A DNA stretch of 64,000 bases from a virus, in the IMG/VR virus record IMGVR_UViG_3300031673_000011, positions 1 to 64,000 of that record; one strand, given 5' to 3'. Below are positions 31,648-40,003 of the stretch, piece by piece. The position numbers and the translations under genes were made by a program. Each line of letters begins with the position of its first letter. The stretch's first letter is position 1. Under the pieces are notes generated by a model. It saw only the letters and a program-made list of their open reading frames with translations. It was not told where the DNA came from and searched no databases.

Positions 31648-31763
31648 GATGTGTGCTTGTTTATATTGCTACTATAAAATGATGATAAAAGTTTATAAAG
31701 GAGTGAGTTTTAAATAAAAGATAAAATGAATCTTTTTATACAAATGAAAGGAGGTAAAGAAAA

Positions 31764-32321
31764 ATGAAGATATATAATATAACAATTGTAGGAACAAGTC
31801 CTTTGCTTATGAATAGACCATCTCAATTAGATATTGGTGATAAATCAAAAACAGCAAAGCGAGAAACACAAACCCCTAAGGAAATTGCAGAAGCTAAACT
31901 TTATATTGATTCAGAAGATAGAATATATTGTCCTGCTACTTGGTTTCATGGTTGTATAGTTGAAGCAGGAAAGCAAAAGAAGATGTTAGGCAAGGGTTCT
32001 GCGAGAGCAAATTATTCAAAAGTTTGTGGTTCAAGTGTTGAGATAAATCCATTTGAAATTTTATTAAAAGATAAATGGAAAGTATTTTCAATATTGGCTG
32101 TTAATCCAACAACAAAGGGAAAAAATATTTTGCATAGACCCCAATTTGATAAATGGGAATTGAATTTTGAAGTAGCATTTGAAGAAGAACAAATTGAAGT
32201 TTCAGTAATGAAAGAAATATTTGATATTGCTGGAAGACAGGTTGGAGTTGGAGATTGGAGACCTGCAAAGAAAGGAAGATTTGGAAAATTCCAAGTTACT
32301 TTGTGGAAAGAGAAAAAATAA
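31764..32321 (+). CDS. Stand-alone RAMP/Cas7-like (Csm3-like RRM) protein
   Basis: N-terminal ITIVGTSPLLMN, IYCPATWFHGCI (compare RAMP YIPGSSLKG), C-terminal Gly-loop GVGDWRPAKKGRFGKF; own promoter (31665-31699) and GGAGG RBS. Confidence 0.72.
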   Translation: MKIYNITIVGTSPLLMNRPSQLDIGDKSKTAKRETQTPKEIAEAKLYIDSEDRIYCPATWFHGCIVEAGKQKKMLGKGSARANYSKVCGSSVEINPFEILLKDKWKVFSILAVNPTTKGKNILHRPQFDKWELNFEVAFEEEQIEVSVMKEIFDIAGRQVGVGDWRPAKKGRFGKFQVTLWKEKK

Positions 32322-32328
32322 ATCACAA

Positions 32329-32446
32329 ATCATAATCACCTTAATAAGTGATTGAGGTGGGGTGAGGTGGGGTGAGGTCCAGTGAGGTGGGGTGAGGTAT
32401 GGTAAGGTCCGGTTTGGTGAGTTTGTCTATTCTCATAAAAATAGAC
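32329..32446 (+). ncRNA. Candidate guide RNA unit 1: 5' hairpin, (GGT-NN)x13, 3' hairpin
   Basis: AATCAC/GTGATT stem at 32334-32353; 13 pentamers at 32356-32420 (one AGT variant); GTCTATT/AATAGAC stem at 32425-32446. Confidence 0.7.
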
Positions 32447-32581
32447 ATCATAGTCATAGAAATATGATTGCGGTGTGGTGGGGTTTGGTAAGGTAAGGTG
32501 TGGTGAGGTAAGGTATGGTATGGTGTGGTGGGGTGAGGTATGGTATGGTTTGGGAGTTTTGCTCTTCTCTAAAAAGGGCAA
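32447..32581 (+). ncRNA. Candidate guide RNA unit 2: 5' hairpin, (GGT-NN)x16, 3' hairpin
   Basis: AGTCATA-GAAA-TATGATT stem; 16 perfect pentamers at 32472-32551; TTGCTCTT/AAGGGCAA stem. Confidence 0.7.
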
Positions 32582-32600
32582 TCATAATCAAGATAAAAAT

Positions 32601-32635
32601 GTTACCCCTTTCAAGTTAATAGAAAGATTTAAATA
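32601..32635 (+). promoter_or_regulatory. Class I promoter
   Basis: GTTACCCCT...AGAAAGATTTAAATA; bounds the RAMP-repeat unit on the right. Confidence 0.75.
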
Positions 32636-32703
32636 GTCTTGATTTATTGATATAATAAGAAATATGGGAAAAAAGAAAATAAATAAATTAGTAAGAAAAT
32701 AAA

Positions 32704-33009
32704 ATGAAATCAGAAATTGAATTAGGAGATAAAGTGAAATGTTTGATTACAGGATATGAAGGAGTAGCAGTTGCTAAAACAGAATTTATTAATGGATGTA
32801 TTCAATTTAGTATAGCTAAACAATTAAAGAAAAAAGATGAAAGATTTCCAGAATTTGGTGACCCATCAATAGATAGTTCAAGTTTAAGGGTTATTAAAAA
32901 AAGAGCAGTTGATTTAAGAGAAAAAGAAGAAAAAATAGAAAGGGTAAAAGAGAGAGAAAAACATACAGGTGGTCCAACTAAATTTATGGGCCCTATGAGA
33001 GGATATTAA
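32704..33009 (+). CDS. Virus-type hypothetical protein (SH3-like)
   Basis: LGDKVKCLITGYEGVAVA...GC...TGGP. Confidence 0.5.
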   Translation: MKSEIELGDKVKCLITGYEGVAVAKTEFINGCIQFSIAKQLKKKDERFPEFGDPSIDSSSLRVIKKRAVDLREKEEKIERVKEREKHTGGPTKFMGPMRGY

Positions 33010-33499
33010 TAAAATGGAAAAGAAAGAAGATATAGAAATAAAAGAAAAAATTGATAGAATTTTATTAAATCAAAGAGCAATAATGAAAAATTTAGCTTTT
33101 GGTTTTCCAACTCTAATGAAAGATGAAATATTAAATCAATCTCTATTAACTGGGATTGAAGGAACAGAAGAAATTTTCAATAAGAATCTTGAGGAGGATA
33201 AAGAATAATATGGGAGAAAGATATGAACTTATAAAAAATTGTGCATATTGTGATACACTTCACGAAGATATTTACTTTGCTCCTACTTGTGGATTTCACA
33301 CTTTCTCTTGTGATAAATGTGGAAAAAGAAATTTCATTGTCTTAGATGATTCTTTTACTGTTAAGAAAATGGAAGATGTCACCTATGAAGATATTTATAA
33401 CTCAATATCTCAAGCATCAAGTATGATGAGTGAAAAGCAAATAGAAGCTGAAGCACAAAATGTTTTTAGATCTTTATTAAAAGGGTTAGAAATAGAAAA

Positions 33500-33796
33500 A
33501 TGAACAAACTTAAATCACTAACTTGGAAATACTTTTTGAAACAAAAGAAAGAAGAGATAGGAGATTGGATAGATGATTCTTGGGAGCATATATTCGTTAT
33601 ATCTTTATTTGTTGGAGTTTTTCTTCAAGTAGGTTGGAGTGGAGAAAAGACTTATTGGATTGCTATTATTGGATTATGTGTTTTGGGTATATGGGTTATA
33701 ATTGGAATAATATCATTAATCATTGTCATTTATGATTGGATTAATTCCAATTGGAAGGAAGCAAAAAGAAAAGCAAAAAAGGAATTACAAAAATGA
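33500..33796 (+). CDS. Two-TM membrane protein, tandem paralogue A
   Basis: MNKLKSLTWKYF...WINSNWKEAKRKAK. Confidence 0.65.
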   Translation: MNKLKSLTWKYFLKQKKEEIGDWIDDSWEHIFVISLFVGVFLQVGWSGEKTYWIAIIGLCVLGIWVIIGIISLIIVIYDWINSNWKEAKRKAKKELQK

Positions 33797-34128
33797 ATAA
33801 ACTAAAATCACTAACTTGGAAATACTTTTGGAAACAGAAATGGAAAGAAATAGCAAATGTTTTATTCATTATATTCATTATTTTAGGAGTATTAGGATTA
33901 GTTGTTCAAGCTGGTTGGCTATGTAAATATTCTAATTCAGTTGAATGTGGAAATAGTGTTAAATGTATATGCAAAGTTCCTTATGAATCAACTTTTCCCC
34001 AATGGATTATGTATTCTGGATTTGTTACAACAGGAATTTGGATAATGATTGGTTTAGTATATTGGATTAGTTCTAATTGGAAAGAAGCTAAAAGAAAAGC
34101 AAAGAATGAGATTGGTGGTAAAAAATGA
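33793..34128 (+). CDS. Two-TM membrane protein, tandem paralogue B
   Basis: MNKLKSLTWKYF...WISSNWKEAKRKAK with a Cys-rich loop. Confidence 0.65.
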   Translation: MNKLKSLTWKYFWKQKWKEIANVLFIIFIILGVLGLVVQAGWLCKYSNSVECGNSVKCICKVPYESTFPQWIMYSGFVTTGIWIMIGLVYWISSNWKEAKRKAKNEIGGKK

Positions 34129-34715
34129 AAAGTAAAAGATTAGAAATGATAGAAGAAATATGTATTAGGAATGAAAGAAAATTCATGGAAGTTGCAGAAA
34201 TATTTTTAAAATATAATGCAAGAGTTTATGTAAGAAGCATCAAAGGGGGAGAATCTTTTAAATTATACAATCCTATCCTGGAAGAAGAAACAATGAGATT
34301 AACAGAAAGATATTTTGATATTAAGGCATATAAAGAATTAAGGAGATTAAAAAATGGTTAAATGTGCTTTATGTAAAAAGAGAAAGGCAGAATTAACTTA
34401 TACAGAAGGCATGATGTCTTATATTCATGGATTTACTCAAGAAATATGCAGACTATGTTTTATAAGTATGCTTGAGAGACATATAAAAGATTGTCAGAAA
34501 CAATTAAAAGAACATAAAAAATTATTAAAAAATGGTTAAACATAATATTGGATTAAAACCAAAATGCGAAGTATGTGGAAATAGAGGCAAGGTAACTAAG
34601 GAAGGATTATGTGCATTATGTTACAAAGATAGGTTCGGAGTTTGGTCAAGAGATTTTATGGCTGACTCCGATAAGAGAGGAAAATGAATAAACAAAAGGA
34701 GTTAATAAAGCTAAA

Positions 34716-35339
34716 ATGATAAAAATACAAGATATGCCAAAGATAGAATGTCCTTTTGTAAGAGTTATGAATGAAAAATTGGATTATGTAGTTATAGACA
34801 AAATTGTAGAAGGATATGAATGGGTCTTCAACGATGAAAATGTTATGGCTATTGAAAAACTCCACGGAACTAATGTATCTATTGTAATTGAAGAAGGAAC
34901 TGTTACTGCTATTTTTAATCGAACCGAAAGAATACCATTTATAAATAAAGGAAAGAAATGGTTAATTGAAGGTATACTTAATTCAAAAGAACGGGGTTAT
35001 TTAGAATTTTTAGGAGATGGACAATTCTTTGGAGAGTTAATAGGTCCAAAAGTAAATGGAAATCCTTACAAATTAAAAGAACATTTGTGGATACCTTTTT
35101 CTACTTTTTGCCAAAAACATTTAAGATATAAAAGTTGGGGGAAATATCCAAAAGATTTTAATACAATTTCGGAATGGTTTAAAGAATTAATCCCTTTATA
35201 TTCATCTATGGTTCAAGGGGAAGAAGGAAGGAAAAATGGATTTGTTGAAGGAATAGTATTCACTCACCCTGATGGAAGGATGGCAAAACTTCGTAGGGAT
35301 ATGTTTGATTGGTATAGAGGAGAAAGGCATAAAGAATGA
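34716..35339 (+). CDS. RNA ligase-like nucleotidyltransferase (Rnl2-type adenylation domain)
   Basis: Motif I EKLHGTN, FGELIG, EGIVF, AKLR. Confidence 0.78.
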   Translation: MIKIQDMPKIECPFVRVMNEKLDYVVIDKIVEGYEWVFNDENVMAIEKLHGTNVSIVIEEGTVTAIFNRTERIPFINKGKKWLIEGILNSKERGYLEFLGDGQFFGELIGPKVNGNPYKLKEHLWIPFSTFCQKHLRYKSWGKYPKDFNTISEWFKELIPLYSSMVQGEEGRKNGFVEGIVFTHPDGRMAKLRRDMFDWYRGERHKE

Positions 35340-35677
35340 AAAAGAAAACTTTAAGACAAGGTTTAAATGTTTCAGTCAATGAATTAAGAGATTTAGCAGA
35401 TGATTTAGAAAGCCAAACAAGACAATTCAATGTAGAACTTGACATTGAAGATTTAGTTGATTTTAATAAGAAATGGCTTACCAATATAATAAATAAAGAA
35501 CCAGAATGTTCAGATACCTGGATATTGGAAAATTAAAATGACAATAAAAGAAGAAAAAAAGTGTGAAGAACATGAGTTAAATTTGATTGATGAAAACTGG
35601 ATGTCAGAGGATACAACAATGATTACTGCTAAGTGTAATAAATGTAATTGTGAATTTAGAGGTTTAATAACAAAAAT

Positions 35678-38600
35678 ATGATGACAAATAAAACCCCCCA
35701 AGAAATTGAAGAAGAAGTTTTGAAGGATTTTGAAGAATGGAGAGAAAAAGGGAATTGGACATCTGATAGCAAAGCAATTAAAAAAGTAATCTTCCTGACT
35801 TTCCAAAAATCCCAAGAAATGATGAGGGAAGAGATTGAGAGATTGAGATTTATAACTTATTTTGGGAAAATACCTTCAGTAGCAGAACAAAGTTTAAAAT
35901 TATCTATACTTGAGGATTTAAAGTCTAAACTTGCAGGGGTAGAAGAATGAAAGGAGAAATTGAAATATGGAATGAAGTGATGAAAGATGATTTAAATAAA
36001 TCTATTTATAATGTTGGTTTTCAAGAGGGCAGAACTCAAACACTTAGAGAAGAATTAGATTTTTTGAAAAATGATTTGGTTTTTATGAATGATGTAGTTG
36101 GATGTGATGCTTGTATAATTTCTAAACAAAGAGTTCAAGATAGAATTAAACTCATCTCCAAGTTGGAAGATGATGAGGTAAAAGAATGAGAACTCAAAAG
36201 AGAATAGAAGAAGAAATTATAAGAGAGAATTTTGATAAAAATGATTTAAATAGTATATATCTTATTAAAATAGCAATCCAGAAGACTTTCCAAAAATCCC
36301 AAGAACAACAAGCCTCAGCACTTAAGAAAGTTAAAGAGGAAATTCATACTTGTATTGAAAGAGGGCAATTTAATGAAAGATATTTTGGGAAATTATTAGA
36401 CAAACATTTCGGTGTTTTAGATAATCAAAAAGAATTAGCAGGGGGTGAGAAAAAATGAAAGGAGAAAAGAAAAGAAAAAAAGCAAAATTGAAAAGTATTA
36501 AGAAACAATTAAAGCACGGAAAGTTTAATGGAAGAAGGTATAGATGATAATAAAAGAGACTTATTTTCAACAAAGAGTTAATGAAGAAGAGAAATGGATA
36601 TATAGAAGATTTTATTCTACTAAATCAATAATATTAAATATTTTAACTTTTGGATTATATGGTATGGCTCAATATGTTAATTATCAAAGGAGAATAGGAT
36701 TAAAATGACACACCTAACAAAAGAAAAAGGTTTGTGCAAATGTTGGCATAAAGAAGATGTACATACTTATAATTATCTCTTAAAGGAAATATTAGATTGT
36801 AATTATAAGGATTGTCCTTGTAAAAAGTTTGAGGTTGAAGAATTAGCAGGGGTAAATCATAGTTTACAGGGGTCTGCCTCTGAAATAGAAGAAAAGGGTA
36901 TGCCTGTAAACACCCGAAAGGGTTTAGATTATCCCTCAATTAGCAGAGAGTTTGGACAGGAAGAAAGGGTTTATGGAAATTATGAATTAAAGTTTGGAGT
37001 ATCTATTGGAACTGAAGAATTGAAAATTAAGAGGGCAATTCATTTAGCACTTCAAGAAGGCAGACAATCCAAACTAAAAGATGAATTAGAGTTTTTGAAA
37101 AGATTAATGAGTAATGAATTTACAGAGGGTATTATTGATGGAAAAGAAAGTCCAGAGATTAAGATTGTTTTGGAAAGAATTAAACAAATCTCAAAAGAAT
37201 TAGCAGGGGTAGAAGAATGAAAGACGAAGAATTGAAAAAGTATTTAGATTTTTTTGCTACAAAAAACCAATATTCTAATTGGAAAAGTGTTTTGAAAGAT
37301 AAACAAAGTATGTCTTTTACAGCAAAGGAATTTGAAGAAGAAGCAAGAGAATGTTTCCAAAAAGGCAGACAATCCAAACTAAAAGAAGTTTTGAAAATTG
37401 TTGAAGAATTAAAGAAAGTAGCAGATGAAAACGATATGGAAATAGCAATAGATGATGGAGAAAAAGATGGTTTTAGAGTTATTGATTTTAGTGAATATAT
37501 AGAAAGAGAATTTTCACTCCTCTCTCAGTTGGAAGATGATGAGGTAAAGAAATGAGTGAAGAATTTAAATTTACAAGAGAATGGTTTATGGATAAAGATA
37601 ATCAAGTTCATACTATTCAAGATGTAGAACTTTTTAATGATAAAGATTGTAAAAATATAATTCAAATAGGAGAACATTTTTTAGTAGATTTAATTCCTAT
37701 TGAAAATGATGTAGAGATTTGGGAAGTTGAAAATACAAAGAAGAAATATTATGTTAAAAATAGAGGGATGTTACCATTAAAACCAATTAGGAAGATAACA
37801 ACAGGGAAGCAATTTGGTTATCCTAATGGTTATTGGAAAATAGAAAAAGAATTAGCAGGGGTAAAAGAATGAGTGATTTAACAGAAGCACAAATTGAATT
37901 TGTAATTTATAATAAGGGTTTTCAAGAGGGCAGAACTCAAACACTTGAAAAGGTTAAGGAGATGATTGAGAAATTATTAGAAGAATGTAAAGAACATTTA
38001 AGAGAAAATCCTTTAAATGATTATTGGGTTGGAAAGGAAATTGGTTTAGAACAAATCTCAAAAGAATTAGCAGGGGTAAAAGGGGAATGAAAAAGATTAG
38101 AGCAACAAGAATTGTAAATATTTGGGTTAAACCACATAAAGTAAAAGGATATTGGAAAACAATAAAGAAAATTGTTTATATAAGTTTTAGAGAGAAGAAA
38201 AAACAATTATCAGGGGGTGAGGGGAAATGAATTGGAAGATTAGATTAGGATTAACATTTTTAATAGGAATAATAGGAGGATTGATAATATGGTTTTTATC
38301 AAAATAGAAAAAGAATTAGTAGGGGGAGAAGAATGAAAATTATTAAAGATATAATAAAATTGTGGAATAAAGGATTTAAGAGGGGATTTAATATTTTTCA
38401 ATGGTTTCTAATAGGGTTTATGTTTTTAGGAGTTATTGTCAATAATAGGTTTTTAGTTTTATTTTCTATGTTTGTATGTTTATTTGCTTACTTTGAACCA
38501 GGAGGAAAAGAATTAGAGGTTGGAGGAAAATGAAAAGGAGAACAAATTATATTTTATTATCTATTATTGGAATGTGTATAAGCACAATATCAATATTAGT

Positions 38601-39246
38601 TGGAGGAATAAACAATAATTTATTATTTGCAGTTTTAGGGTTGATTGGTGGTTTCAGTATAACATCATTTTCAATAGAAAGAATAAGAGTAATAGAATTT
38701 GAAGAAGAATTAGAGGTTAAAAAATGAATATAGAAAATAAGATAGAAATAATAAAAATATTAATTCTTTTAATTATAGGATATATAATTATTATGGCTTT
38801 ACTTTCAAAAGAGAATGTTACAATAATAAAAGAAGTTTGTTGTAATTGTATAAATTGCTTTGGAGTTATAACCCTAAAATGATTTATCATTTAGTTTCTG
38901 TTTTATTGGGAGTTGGAATTGTATTATTAATAAATAGGATAGAAAAAGAATTAGCAGGGGGAGAAGAATGAAAGAAGAAGAATTGAAAAAGGAGATTAAA
39001 ATATTAAAGAAATTTCCTATGAATAAAAGAGGAAAAGAAATTAAATTAATGGAATTATCTCTTATAGAAATTCAAAAAGAAGCAGAACTCAAAGGATTTC
39101 AAGAGGGCAGACAATCCAAACTAAAAGATGAATTAGAGTTTTTGAAGAAAATAAAAGAAATTTTAAGAGGAGTTGGGGATATTGGTATGTTAAATAATAA
39201 AATTAAAATGATAGAAAAAGAATTGAGGGTTAGGGTAGAAGAATAA
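35678..39246 (+). repeat. Array of short ORFs sharing DNA modules and a recurrent AAAGAATTAGCAGGGG...GAATGA junction
   Basis: About 12 junction copies and four shared 20-47 bp internal modules. Confidence 0.8.
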
Positions 39247-39258
39247 TGGATTATTTTT

Positions 39259-39729
39259 ATGAAAAAAAGAAGTAAATGGGTAAAAAAGTGTTCTATATGT
39301 GGAAAAGTAATTAGAAATTGGAATAAATCTGGTTTATGTACCTTTCATTATAGGAAAGAGTATTGTAAAAAGCTGGAAGTAAAAGAGAGAAAAAAAGAAT
39401 ACCAGAAAGAATATAATAAAAGACCAGAAGTTAAAGCTAGGAAGAAAGAATATAGTCAAAGACCAGAAGTTAAAGCTAGAATAAAAAAATATAATAGCAA
39501 ATATAATAAAAGACCAAAAGTTAAGGCTAAGAGAAAAAAACAACAGAAGGAATATCAACAAAGACCTGAAGTTAAAGCCAGGAAGAAAGAATATTATCAA
39601 AGATCAGAAGTTAAAGCAAGAAGAAAAGAATATTATCAAAGACCTAGGGTTAAAGCTAGAATAAAAGAACTAAGAAAAGAGAAAAAAGAGGTGAAAAGGA
39701 AAAAACAGCTAAGTGTTACTACTATATAG
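39259..39729 (+). CDS. Zn-finger plus basic repeat protein (KKEYxQRPEVKAR repeats)
   Basis: CSIC...LCTFH and about six repeats. Confidence 0.65.
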   Translation: MKKRSKWVKKCSICGKVIRNWNKSGLCTFHYRKEYCKKLEVKERKKEYQKEYNKRPEVKARKKEYSQRPEVKARIKKYNSKYNKRPKVKAKRKKQQKEYQQRPEVKARKKEYYQRSEVKARRKEYYQRPRVKARIKELRKEKKEVKRKKQLSVTTI

Positions 39730-40003
39730 GGGTTAGAAAGATTTATAAAGGGTGAATGTTTAATAAATGAGATTAATATGGGAAACATCTTTAAAGAATT
39801 CTGCAAAAGCAGAAACAGTTCTTTAGAAAAGAAATTTTCCCAAATTTCAAAAAGATTGGGGGAAACTAATTAATCCCCCAATTAATATTATTGGAGAGGG
39901 AATGTGGAAGAATGGGAAACAATGGGGAAAACAATGAAAAACAAAAAACAAATTAAACTTTTTTCAAAAAATGTTTTATACAGATGAAAGGAGGTAGAAA
40001 GAT

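Noticed and set aside
32356-32551. Canonical CRISPR array, telomere-like repeat or simple microsatellite
   Set aside because: No 25-45 bp repeats with unique spacers. Variation is confined to two of five positions and the tract is split into two equivalently flanked modules. Two-tier G-quadruplex formation is possible but does not explain the architecture.
32336-32581. 81-aa minus-strand ORF with PHLTS/PYHTS repeats
   Set aside because: By-product of the 5-nt repeat. It has no RBS or promoter and runs against the local gene direction, and a 5-nt period with flanking hairpins points to nucleic-acid-level function.
35678-39246. Diversity-generating retroelement or integron
   Set aside because: No reverse transcriptase, no adenine-specific TR/VR pair, and no intact integron integrase or attC-like palindromes at the junctions
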